DNA of 64,000 nt, from the NCBI GenBank assembly GCA_963676795.2, contig CAXXTB010000002.1, forward strand, positions 1,312,001 through 1,376,000. The letters run 5' to 3'. A program made the translations under genes and the position numbers. This document shows positions 10,350 through 19,264 of the stretch, one piece after another. This stretch comes from Geopsychrobacteraceae bacterium. GTDB lineage: Bacteria > Desulfobacterota > Desulfuromonadia > Desulfuromonadales > Geopsychrobacteraceae. How positions within the stretch are numbered: the first letter of the stretch is position 1; every line of letters starts with the position of its first letter. The notes beneath the pieces are model-generated. The model made no database searches. It was not told the DNA's origin and was given only the letters and a program-made list of their open reading frames with translations.

Positions 10350-11696
10350 ATGAACTTAGCAATTGTTGGAACCGGATACGTCGGTCTGGTCAGTGGCGCC
10401 TGCTTCGCCGAGATGGGCAATCGCGTCTACTGCGTGGATGTCGATCAGGCGAAGATTGACGGTTTGCAACAGGGCCGCCTGCCGATTTACGAACCGGGTC
10501 TTGAGCCGATCGTCAAAAGAAATTTTGAAGAAGGGCGGCTGCGTTTTACGACCAGTCTGGGCGAGGCAATGGAAGAGGCGAGTCTTCTCTTCATCGCTGT
10601 CGGGACCCCTCCGGGCGATGATGGTTCAGCTGATCTGAAATATGTTCTGGCTGTTGCCCGGCAGATCGGTCAATTGATGACGGACTATTGTGTCATTGTT
10701 GACAAGTCGACGGTTCCCGTCGGCACTGCCGAGAAGGTCAGTGCTGCGATTCAGGAGGAACTGGACAAGCGCGGTGTTGCCATTCCTTTTGACGTCGTCA
10801 GTAATCCGGAATTCCTCAAGGAGGGGGCCGCGATCGATGATTTCATGAAGCCGGACCGGATTGTTGTCGGTACGGATAGTGAAAAGGCCAAAGGGGTCAT
10901 GCATCAGCTCTATGCTCCCTTCAACCGGAATCACGAAAGAACCCTTTTTATGGGGGTTCGCGATGCCGAAATGACCAAGTATGCTGCCAATTCCATGCTG
11001 GCGACGAAGATTTCATTCATCAATGAAATTGCGACTCTCTGTGAGATGATGAATGTCGATGTCGAAAATGTCAGACGGGGGATCGGCTCAGACAGTCGGA
11101 TCGGATTTTCCTTTATCTATCCCGGCTGTGGTTACGGCGGTTCCTGTTTTCCCAAGGATGTTCAGGCGCTGGTGCGCATGGCTGAAGATCTTGACTTCGA
11201 GCCGGAAGTTCTACGTTCGGTAGAAACGCGCAACAAACTGCAAAAGCAGTGGTTTACCAGGCAGACGGAAAAACGCTTCGGGTCTGACCTCGCGGGGCTT
11301 AAATTCGCGGTCTGGGGGTTGGCTTTCAAGCCGGGTACGGACGATATGCGCGAAGCGCCGGCAAAGGTTCTTTTAGCCGATTTGATTGCTGCCGGGGCTA
11401 CGATTTCAGCCTATGATCCGATCGCCATGGATGTTGCCAAAAAGGAGCTGCCGGCTGAGTGGTTTGAAACCGGGGCTCTGACTCTGGCCAAAAATCAGTA
11501 TGAAGCGCTGGAGGCTGCCGATGCTCTGATTCTGGTGACGGAATGGAAGCCGTTCAGAAATCCCGATCTGGAAGCTTTGCGGCGCATGATGAAGCAGAAG
11601 ATCATTTTTGACGGACGCAATCAGTACGATCCAGAGACGATGACTGAAGAAGGTTTCGAGTATTTCGGGGTTGGCCGGACTCATTATAACGTTTAG
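10350..11696 (+). CDS. ugd: UDP-glucose 6-dehydrogenase
   Basis: [46 protein letters not shown]. Confidence 0.95.
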   Translation: MNLAIVGTGYVGLVSGACFAEMGNRVYCVDVDQAKIDGLQQGRLPIYEPGLEPIVKRNFEEGRLRFTTSLGEAMEEASLLFIAVGTPPGDDGSADLKYVLAVARQIGQLMTDYCVIVDKSTVPVGTAEKVSAAIQEELDKRGVAIPFDVVSNPEFLKEGAAIDDFMKPDRIVVGTDSEKAKGVMHQLYAPFNRNHERTLFMGVRDAEMTKYAANSMLATKISFINEIATLCEMMNVDVENVRRGIGSDSRIGFSFIYPGCGYGGSCFPKDVQALVRMAEDLDFEPEVLRSVETRNKLQKQWFTRQTEKRFGSDLAGLKFAVWGLAFKPGTDDMREAPAKVLLADLIAAGATISAYDPIAMDVAKKELPAEWFETGALTLAKNQYEALEAADALILVTEWKPFRNPDLEALRRMMKQKIIFDGRNQYDPETMTEEGFEYFGVGRTHYNV

Positions 11697-11708
11697 TAAG
11701 GTTTTTCG

Positions 11709-11738
11709 TTGACAACCTTTCGGGATCTTTGGTATATC
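11709..11738 (+). promoter_or_regulatory. Probable sigma70 promoter for tRNA-Val
   Basis: TTGACA at 11709 and TGGTATAT about 17 nt downstream, just before the tRNA. Confidence 0.6.
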
Positions 11739-11750
11739 CAAGCTCCCTTC

Positions 11751-11826
11751 GGGCGAATAGCTCAGCTGGGAGAGCGCCTGCCTTACAAGCAGGATGTCGG
11801 GGGTTCGAGCCCCTCTTCGCCCACCA
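11751..11826 (+). tRNA. tRNA-Val (anticodon TAC)
   Basis: GGGCGAA...TTCGCCC-A-CCA; anticodon arm CCTGC-CT-TAC-AA-GCAGG. Confidence 0.96.
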
Positions 11827-11836
11827 TAAAAAAATG

Positions 11837-11864
11837 AAAAAGGCTCCTTCCGGGAGCCTTTTTT
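11837..11864 (+). terminator. Intrinsic terminator after tRNA-Val
   Basis: AAAAAGGCTCC-TTCCG-GGAGCCTTTTTT. Confidence 0.85.
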
Positions 11865-11885
11865 CGTTCAGGCCGAATATCGCAG

Positions 11886-12548
11886 GTGATGATGAATCAG
11901 GATAAGACAGCGATAACGATATCCGACTGGGGTTTGCTCGATTATGCACAGGCTCTCAGTAGGCAGATGGAACTGCTTGCCATGCGCCTTGATGGACAAA
12001 CCGGTGATCATCTGGTTCTGGTTGAGCATCCGGCGACCGTAACTCTGGGGCGCAGAGGCAGTTCCGCAGATCTGCTTCTTGATGAAGCGCTTTTCGCAGC
12101 TCGGGGAATTACCCTGGAGCGGATCAGGAGAGGCGGGATGGCGACGGCACATGAGCCGGGTCAACTCGTCGTCTATCCGATAGTTGCCCTGAAAAAGAAG
12201 GATATCCGCTGGTACGCCGATGGTGTGCTCGGCGCGGTTATCGACCTGCTCGCAGATTACGGCGTCCAGGGGGTGTTGAAACCGGGTGAACCTGGAGTCT
12301 GGGTCGCCGGCAAAAAAATCTGCAGTTTCGGGATCGCGCTGAAAAAGTGGATCTCCTGTCATGGTGCCGCCGTCAACCTGAACAACAGCCTCGAGACCTT
12401 CACAACGATCATCCCCTGTGGCCATCAGGCTGAGGTTGTCACGTCGCTCAGTGCGGAGCTTGGACGTCCGGTCGATATGATTGAAGCCAAACGATTGTAC
12501 GTTCAGCATTTCTGTGAAAGATTCAGCTACTTTCCAAAGAAATTATAG
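11886..12548 (+). CDS. lipB: Octanoyltransferase LipB
   Basis: EHPATVTLGRR, RGGMATAHEPGQLVVYP, KICSFG, HGAAVN, IIPCG; exact start (11886/11889/11892) uncertain. Confidence 0.9.
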   Translation: MMMNQDKTAITISDWGLLDYAQALSRQMELLAMRLDGQTGDHLVLVEHPATVTLGRRGSSADLLLDEALFAARGITLERIRRGGMATAHEPGQLVVYPIVALKKKDIRWYADGVLGAVIDLLADYGVQGVLKPGEPGVWVAGKKICSFGIALKKWISCHGAAVNLNNSLETFTTIIPCGHQAEVVTSLSAELGRPVDMIEAKRLYVQHFCERFSYFPKKL

Positions 12549-12621
12549 TATTTTTTTGAATGAATTAATCTTTTAGGTCTGCTAGTATTAAAGATTATTA
12601 TTCGATTCTAGGGAGTCATGA

Positions 12622-13479
12622 ATGACAACTGATTTTCAGACTGTAGTAAAATCAATCCGCGATCTGCCGCCCATGCCGGCTGTTGCGGTTAAGGTTATGG
12701 AACTTTTGGCTGATCCGAACGTCAATTACGGCAAGCTTGGGGCTACGATCTCCAGCGATCCTGCCGTTTCTGCCCGTTTGCTCAAGGTTGCCAATTCCGC
12801 CTTTTACAGTATGAAGCGGCAGATAAAAACTCTCGATCACGCTATCGCGATAGTCGGTGAGCGGACATTGCGCAGTCTGGTTCTGGCGGCAAGCCTCGAG
12901 GGGATGAACAAGTCGTACGGGCTGCTCGAAAAATTGCTCTGGGAAGATGCCATGGGCTGTGCGATCGGATCCCGGATTCTGGCCCGTAAATTTAACACTG
13001 TCGATGCAGAAGAGGCCTTTCTGGCCGGTTTGTTCCGCCATCTGGGCAAAATCATCATGAACTACAGTGATCCAGAAGCCTACCGGGCTTTGGTCGAAGC
13101 TCTCTATTGTGAAGGAGGTAGTGCCAGGGACCTCGAAGGCAAGTATTTTACTTATGCGCATGCCGTGGTTGGAGCTGCGGTGCTGGACAAGTGGAACTTC
13201 AATCGTAATCTGGTGATGTGCACCCTTCATCATGAAGATCTGTTGATCGATCCTGATGAAGAGGGGGCTGATGCCATGCTGAAGCTGACCGCAACCATTA
13301 ACCTGTCAGACTTCATCTGTGCCCGGTTGGGAATAGGGCAGCGTCAACCGCAGGACGATCTGGTCATTGAAGATAACCCCGGGGTCAAGGTTTTGAACCT
13401 GTCGAACGAAGAGGTTGAGTCGGCGCTGCAGGAAATTGAAGCGGTCTTTAACGACAACCGTGATTATTTCATAAACTAA
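12622..13479 (+). CDS. Stand-alone HDOD domain protein
   Basis: LPPMP...DPAVSARLLKVANSAFY...AFLAGLFRHLGK...HAVVGA...W. Confidence 0.88.
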   Translation: MTTDFQTVVKSIRDLPPMPAVAVKVMELLADPNVNYGKLGATISSDPAVSARLLKVANSAFYSMKRQIKTLDHAIAIVGERTLRSLVLAASLEGMNKSYGLLEKLLWEDAMGCAIGSRILARKFNTVDAEEAFLAGLFRHLGKIIMNYSDPEAYRALVEALYCEGGSARDLEGKYFTYAHAVVGAAVLDKWNFNRNLVMCTLHHEDLLIDPDEEGADAMLKLTATINLSDFICARLGIGQRQPQDDLVIEDNPGVKVLNLSNEEVESALQEIEAVFNDNRDYFIN

Positions 13480-13501
13480 CAGTTTGTTTTGTCTCGCTTA
13501 C

Positions 13502-13525
13502 AGGGAGCCGTTGGCTCCCTTTTTT
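13502..13525 (+). terminator. Intrinsic terminator after HDOD gene
   Basis: AGGGAGCC-GTT-GGCTCCCT then T-run. Confidence 0.8.
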
Positions 13526-13560
13526 ATTGTCTTCTGGCTGAATCTGACTATGATGTGGGC

Positions 13561-14295
13561 ATGAAAGAACGTCTTGATAAATTGCTGGTTGATCTCGGCT
13601 TTGCTCAGTCCCGCGAGCGGGCCAGGGCCTTGATTCTTGCAGGAAATGTAGTTGTTGATGATCATCGTGTCGATAAGGCGGGAACCCAGGTTGCTGTTGA
13701 CTCGGACATCAGGGTCAAGGGGCAGGATATTCCCTATGTTTCCCGTGGCGGACTGAAGCTCGAGAAAGCCCTGCAGGCATTCAAGCCTGAGATGACGGGG
13801 ATTGTGGCGATTGATGTCGGAGCTTCGACGGGCGGTTTTACTGACTGTCTGCTGCAGAACGGGGTGTCCCGGGTCTATGCTGTCGATGTCGGTTATGGTC
13901 AGTTGGCCTGGAAGTTACGGGAAGACCCTCGTGTTGTCAATATGGAGCGCTGCAATATTAAGGATCTGACAGTTGGTGAGCTTGATGAAATACCCTCTCT
14001 GGCGGTCATCGATGCATCGTTTATCTCTCTGGCCAAGGTTCTTCCGGCGACGCTCAGTCTGCTGACTGATGACGGTGGTGTTATCGCCCTGATCAAGCCG
14101 CAATTCGAAGTCGGTCGGGATCTGGTCGGCAAGGGGGGGATAGTCAAGGATCGCAAGTTGCAGGATCAGGTTGTCGAGAATATCTGTGCCCTTGCTGTGG
14201 AGCTGAACTGCTCAGTAGGTGGGGTGATCGAAAGCCCGATTCTCGGTGCCAAAGGGAATCGCGAATTTCTTATCCATCTGAAGAAAGTCCAGTAA
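13561..14295 (+). CDS. tlyA: TlyA-family rRNA 2'-O-methyltransferase
   Basis: S4 domain (RLDKLLV), YVSRGGLKL, DVGASTGGFTD, LIKPQFE, GNREFL; start set at ATG 13561. Confidence 0.93.
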   Translation: MKERLDKLLVDLGFAQSRERARALILAGNVVVDDHRVDKAGTQVAVDSDIRVKGQDIPYVSRGGLKLEKALQAFKPEMTGIVAIDVGASTGGFTDCLLQNGVSRVYAVDVGYGQLAWKLREDPRVVNMERCNIKDLTVGELDEIPSLAVIDASFISLAKVLPATLSLLTDDGGVIALIKPQFEVGRDLVGKGGIVKDRKLQDQVVENICALAVELNCSVGGVIESPILGAKGNREFLIHLKKVQ

Positions 14296-14476
14296 TTGTC
14301 CAGCCGTTCACCGATTCAGGGCACAAGATTGGGTTAGAAATTCTCACCGGACTCTGCTAGTATCTGCTGACGTCATTGGACGGAGAGAAAAGTCATATTG
14401 CGGGGTGCTGAAAGACGTTTTTGTTGGAGTGTTTGTGAAGATGAAAGTCTTTCACCAGCCTGATAAGGAGTCATTT

Positions 14477-14824
14477 ATGGCGACAGAATGTTTGTTTTGC
14501 AAAATTATCGCTGGAGATCTGCCGGCCGATAAAGTCTACGAGGATGATAAGGTCATTGCCTTTGCGGATATCGCTCCCCAGGCACCGCATCATTACCTGA
14601 TTGTTCCGTTGAGGCACATCGGGACAACCCTCGACCTGACCCCCTCAGAGAACGAACTTATCGGACATATTTACCAGGTTGCTGCTCATATTGCTGAAGA
14701 CAGAGGGTTTGCCGAGGACGGCTTTCGTATTGTCAATAACTGCAATGAAGGAGCAGGGCAGACAGTCTGGCATCTTCATTTTCACCTCCTAGGTGGACGA
14801 CAGCTCAACTGGCCTCCTGGGTAG
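14477..14824 (+). CDS. hinT: Histidine triad nucleotide-binding protein (HinT)
   Basis: CLFCKII, PQAPHH, GQTVWHLHFHLLGGR; SD AAGGAG before ATG 14477. Confidence 0.92.
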   Translation: MATECLFCKIIAGDLPADKVYEDDKVIAFADIAPQAPHHYLIVPLRHIGTTLDLTPSENELIGHIYQVAAHIAEDRGFAEDGFRIVNNCNEGAGQTVWHLHFHLLGGRQLNWPPG

Positions 14825-14831
14825 ATTGTCA

Positions 14832-16262
14832 ATGCTGCCGTACGATAGTAAAATTGAGCAGCGATTGATGACTGACATCATGGAGCTGCTCGTAACCCAT
14901 TATGGTGCAGAGCTGTCGGAAGACGAGCTGGACAATGAGATTACCCGCGTTGGGCAGGCACTGGAAGATGCCCGCACCTCACACAAGGGGCAGTGCCGCA
15001 AGTCCGGGGAACCCTATATATTTCATCCGTTGCGTGTAACTCATCTCGCCGCCAGACACTGGATGGATTTCCCCTCAGTGATGGCGGCATTGCTGCATGA
15101 TGTTGTCGAAGACACCCCTGTGACTCTTGAGGATGTCAGGCTCAAATACGGTGACGAGGTGGCTCATCTTGTCGATGGTCTGACAAAGGTCACTGACGAC
15201 CTGATGAGCCGGGAAGACCTCAAGAAAGAGACCTACCGCAAGACTCTGCTTGTCGCTATCGATGACATTCGCGTGCTCTGTCTCAAGTTCTGGGACCGGA
15301 TTGACAATCTGCTGACGATTGATGCCCTGCCATCCCACAAACAGAAACTGATCGCCGAAGAGACCATCATGGTCTACGTGCCACTGGCTCAGCATCTCGG
15401 TATGGGGTACGTCGCGACAGAGCTTGAGTCCTTGTCCTATGCGCTGCTCTATCCCCGCCGTGCCAAGAGATATAATGCTGCTATTGAGGCCCTGCAGGGG
15501 AAAACCAGCGATTTTCTGCGCAAAATCAAAGGTGCGATTCACACGAGTTGCGAAAAGCAGAAACTGTCTGTACAGCTGAAAGACCGCTGGCGTCCTTTTT
15601 CCGTCGCCGCAGCACGGACCATGCAAAGAGGCTTTCCGTCCCTCTACACGCTGGAGGTTCAGGTAGACCGGATGATGGACGCCTATACCTTCCTGGGTAT
15701 TCTGCATGGCCTCTATCCGCCAATCCCGGGTAAGCTGAGAGATCATCTCAACTATACCTCTCCCCATGGCTATCAGGCTCTGAAGACGTCGGTTCAGGCC
15801 GGTGAGCAACGGGTCAGGATTGAGATAACGACGCGCAAGCTGGCTCGTTTCAACGAATCCGGGGTGCTGGCTCCCGGTTTTCAGTTCCGCCATGAAAATT
15901 TCAAAGAGCTGATGAAGTCGCTCATGGACGGCGAATCGGCGTTCGATACCGAATCACTCAAGCTGGCCTCCGCGTCGATTCAGGTTTACACCCCACAGGG
16001 GGATATCAGGACATTGCCGGAAGGGAGCAGTGTCCTCGATTTTGCCTTTGAAATTCACGATTCCCTCGGCCTGCACGCGCGTCGCGGGGTTATTAACGGC
16101 AATACCCGCCAGTTGAAAACCCGCCTGCTGGATGGCGATCAGGTTCTGGTTGAAACATCAACAGTGCCAGAAGCCCTGCCGAAGTGGCTGGAGTGGGCGA
16201 TCACTCCCAAAGCACGCAACAGTATCCGGCGTTATCTGAGAAATAAAGTCAAATCAGTTTGA
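14832..16262 (+). CDS. RelA/SpoT homologue: HD hydrolase + degenerate synthetase + TGS, lacking C-terminal ZFD/ACT
   Basis: RKSGEPYIFHP, LLHDVVEDT, YVPLAQHLG, GYQALKT, TGS (VYTPQG...LDFAFEIH), ends after KARNSIRRYLR. Confidence 0.85.
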   Translation: MLPYDSKIEQRLMTDIMELLVTHYGAELSEDELDNEITRVGQALEDARTSHKGQCRKSGEPYIFHPLRVTHLAARHWMDFPSVMAALLHDVVEDTPVTLEDVRLKYGDEVAHLVDGLTKVTDDLMSREDLKKETYRKTLLVAIDDIRVLCLKFWDRIDNLLTIDALPSHKQKLIAEETIMVYVPLAQHLGMGYVATELESLSYALLYPRRAKRYNAAIEALQGKTSDFLRKIKGAIHTSCEKQKLSVQLKDRWRPFSVAAARTMQRGFPSLYTLEVQVDRMMDAYTFLGILHGLYPPIPGKLRDHLNYTSPHGYQALKTSVQAGEQRVRIEITTRKLARFNESGVLAPGFQFRHENFKELMKSLMDGESAFDTESLKLASASIQVYTPQGDIRTLPEGSSVLDFAFEIHDSLGLHARRGVINGNTRQLKTRLLDGDQVLVETSTVPEALPKWLEWAITPKARNSIRRYLRNKVKSV

Positions 16263-16402
16263 CAGGGTGTTGAGAAACGTTTTCGAGGCGGCAAGTGCAA
16301 GGCGAAATTTGCCGAGAAAGCGCAGTTTATACCAGTAAATGAGAATTTTGAGGCAATTCTCAACGCCGCAATTGCAACGCAGATAGTTTTTTAACAGCCT
16401 GT
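16262..16402. mobile_element. MITE-like non-coding element with imperfect 17-bp terminal inverted repeats
   Basis: ACAGGGTGTTGAGAAAC ... GTTTTTTAACAGCCTGT (14/17 complementary); 141 bp, no ORF. Confidence 0.6.
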
Positions 16403-16414
16403 GAGTTATCGGTC

Positions 16415-17470
16415 ATGACATCAAAAATTATAATCCTTCTCTGTTTGCTGGCGGTGCAATTCTGCGGAGTTGTTTCAGCCGGTCAGGTCAATGTTTTCAT
16501 TTATCATCGTTTTGATGAAACGCGTTATCCGTCAACCAACATCTCTACGGATACCTTTCGTGAGCAACTGGAATATCTGAAGCAGAACAATATCGAGGTT
16601 CTCCCGCTCAGTGAGGTTGTCAGGCGTTTGCGGAGTGGAGACTCTCTGCCTGACAGTGCGGCTGCACTGACTATCGATGACGCGTTTAGTTCATTTTATA
16701 CCTCCGGTATGCCCTTGCTGCGTGAGTATGGCTATCCAGCGACTCTGTTTATCAATAGCGATGCCGTTTCAACCTCCGGATACATGAACTGGGATCAGAT
16801 CCGTGAGGTCGTGGCTGACGGGATCGAGATCGGTCATCACACGGCGTCGCACCCTTACCTGGTCGAAAAGAAAGAGGGCGAGTCTGACCTGCAGTGGCAG
16901 CAGAGGATGCAGGGCGAACTGTCGCGCGCGTCTGAGCAGTTCAAGACGGAGTTGGGTCTGTCTCCCGAACTTTTTGCCTATACCTTTGGTGAGTATTCCG
17001 CTGAGGTTATGGCGCTGGTCAAGGATTCCGGATTTTCAGCAGCATTTGCCCAGCAATCAGGTGTTATCCATGACGAGTCTGAGCTTTTCGCGCTGCCGCG
17101 CTTTCCGATGGGCGGCCCCTTTGCGACCCTTGCCGGGTTTGTTCAGAAGTTGAAGATGCAGGCTTTGAAGGTTCAGGAGGTTGAGCCTGCTGATCCTGTC
17201 GTCGGCCAGAATCCTCCCGTTCTGACGCTCAAGTTGCAGGATCCTGCTCTGGCCAGGAACGCGATCAATTGCTTTGTCCAGGGCGACAATAGCTGTCGTG
17301 TGAACAGGGTTGCCGGTCAGGACGGCTGGATAGAAATAACCGCCGAAAAGCCGCTCAGCGGGCGGCGCAACAAATATACCTTGACCGTTCAGACTCAGGA
17401 CGGTTCATGGGCCTGGTACAGTCATTTGTGGATCAATGCCAGCAATCCGGCCCGTTTTGCGGAAAATTAG
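16415..17470 (+). CDS. Secreted polysaccharide deacetylase (CE4/NodB)
   Basis: Signal peptide; YHRF, LTIDDA, GHHTASH, FAYTFGEY, LPRFP. Confidence 0.9.
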   Translation: MTSKIIILLCLLAVQFCGVVSAGQVNVFIYHRFDETRYPSTNISTDTFREQLEYLKQNNIEVLPLSEVVRRLRSGDSLPDSAAALTIDDAFSSFYTSGMPLLREYGYPATLFINSDAVSTSGYMNWDQIREVVADGIEIGHHTASHPYLVEKKEGESDLQWQQRMQGELSRASEQFKTELGLSPELFAYTFGEYSAEVMALVKDSGFSAAFAQQSGVIHDESELFALPRFPMGGPFATLAGFVQKLKMQALKVQEVEPADPVVGQNPPVLTLKLQDPALARNAINCFVQGDNSCRVNRVAGQDGWIEITAEKPLSGRRNKYTLTVQTQDGSWAWYSHLWINASNPARFAEN

Positions 17471-17682
17471 TTGCTGATGTTTCTTGTTCTTTGTCACTGA
17501 ATGACATCTTCTGGTGTGGCTGGACCGTGTTACGTTTGTTGGTGTTGTCAGAATTGTAGTTACTGGCTAAGTCCTGTTGCAAATGCCTTGTGCCTGGAAA
17601 TTATTTGACGAGATGTGCTTATTTCTTTGACGTGTGAGCTGATCGTGGGTGACTATTTCCACTAAAACTTTGCCTGTCGGAA

Positions 17683-18588
17683 TCAGCTGCTGGTCCTTAG
17701 CTTGACATCAGAAAATCTGCTCAGGCGGTTTTTGCGGATCATGGCCTGAAGTTCTCTGACGTAGTCTTCGCCACGAATCGAATAGAGGGTCAATCCTTCG
17801 GCAAGTTTCAGGCCGTCCAGGTTGTCGCCGGATTGTCTGATTTCAAATCTGATCTGGCGCAATTTTGTATAGGCTTTGTGGGTGTTCAGATTGTGCAGGT
17901 ATGAGCGAACGGAATCGTAGACTGTTGCAAACTTCTCAACTTCGTAGGTTGCTCCGGCAGGACGATCCTGTGGGACGATTCCTGCGCCTTTCTTGAAGGT
18001 CCATTCGCCAAAGATATTATTGGCGACCTGGGTAAAGCGGGAGGTTCCCCAGCCCGATTCATTGGCTGCCTGGGCCAGGGCCAGATCTGCAGGAATAATA
18101 TCCACTCTTTTGAGCAGCTTCTGCAGAACGATCTCTTCCTGCTCCGGTCTGTATTCGACCTTGTAATGGCTGGCGATTCTGGTCAGCGCTCTCTTCTGAG
18201 GCTTGGTCAGCCTGCCGGTGGTTTTGAGTTCTTTCTGAATCTTCAGCAGCTTGTTGCGTTCGACACGTATTTCATCATTTGCCAGCAGAATCATCGGCAG
18301 AAGAGCCTTGAAGAAAACCCTTTTGCGTTCGCTGGTGCTGCTGATATTTGCCAGGTCTTCCGGAAGATTTGCCAGGATAATTGGCGGAACACCATTCTCA
18401 AGCGCATCGAGCTGATAGCTGTAGCGCCGGTACTCAAATTCGAGGTCCTGGTAGAAGGATTCACCGATGATCTGAATGTCCGGACCTTCGTATATGGGGG
18501 CATTGCTGGTGCTGAAACTTGTCAGGGTCAGCCCCAGTATCGTAATGGCAATGATTGCTATGTTGTAGATTTTACTATTATTTTTCAT
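17683..18588 (-). CDS. Bax-like glucosaminidase (GH73) domain protein
   Basis: RKRVFFKALLP, RVDIIPADLALAQAANESGWGTSRF, NNIFG, NLNTHKAY, YS..G..Y. Confidence 0.88.
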   Translation of the reverse strand: MKNNSKIYNIAIIAITILGLTLTSFSTSNAPIYEGPDIQIIGESFYQDLEFEYRRYSYQLDALENGVPPIILANLPEDLANISSTSERKRVFFKALLPMILLANDEIRVERNKLLKIQKELKTTGRLTKPQKRALTRIASHYKVEYRPEQEEIVLQKLLKRVDIIPADLALAQAANESGWGTSRFTQVANNIFGEWTFKKGAGIVPQDRPAGATYEVEKFATVYDSVRSYLHNLNTHKAYTKLRQIRFEIRQSGDNLDGLKLAEGLTLYSIRGEDYVRELQAMIRKNRLSRFSDVKLRTSS

Positions 18589-18753
18589 GGTTCATATGCT
18601 TTTTTATTCTTTCAATGTTCTAAAACGACTTGTCCTTATATATTAATCGCATTGTTGTGTCAATACAAGATAACCCCTTGATTTTTCGCTATATGTTCAT
18701 TTTGACTCGATAAATACGCGGAAATTATTCCCATACTCTGAGGAGGAATTAAC

Positions 18754-19173
18754 ATGAAAACTTATCGTGAGGAACTCTGGTTTGATATCCCGACACGCAG
18801 GGCATACATCAATATCACACCTGAGGTGGTCAGGTGTCTGAAGGCGAGTAGCATCAAAGAAGGGTTGTTGCTCTGTAATGCCATGCACATCACCGCATCC
18901 GTTTTTATCAATGATGACGAATCCGGCCTGCATCAGGATTTTGATCGTTGGCTGGAGGAACTGGCGCCTCATGAGCCTTTAACCCAGTATAGGCATAACA
19001 ATACCGGAGAAGATAACGGCGATGCTCATCTTAAGCGCAGTGTCATGGGCAGGGAAGTCGTGGTTGCAGTGACAGACGGTCAGCTCGATTTTGGGCCATG
19101 GGAACAGATTTTTTACGGGGAGTTTGACGGCAGGAGGCGGAAGAGGGTGTTGGTCAAGATTGTCGGAGAATGA
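18754..19173 (+). CDS. yjbQ: YjbQ (UPF0047) family protein
   Basis: [34 protein letters not shown]. Confidence 0.92.
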   Translation: MKTYREELWFDIPTRRAYINITPEVVRCLKASSIKEGLLLCNAMHITASVFINDDESGLHQDFDRWLEELAPHEPLTQYRHNNTGEDNGDAHLKRSVMGREVVVAVTDGQLDFGPWEQIFYGEFDGRRRKRVLVKIVGE

Positions 19174-19203
19174 GCCTGGCTGGCTGAGTTTTCAGTATCG
19201 GCT

Positions 19204-19232
19204 GAGAGCTGAGGGGAAGCCCCTCAGCTCTC
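19204..19232. terminator. 13-bp perfect hairpin between convergent genes
   Basis: GAGAGCTGAGGGG-AAG-CCCCTCAGCTCTC. Confidence 0.7.
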
Positions 19233-19264
19233 TATGTTTTTAGAGGTATTTTTCCGGATAATGG

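Noticed and set aside
17471..17682. T/G-skewed 210-bp spacer between convergent genes as an sRNA
   Set aside because: No promoter, terminator or convincing structure could be identified by eye
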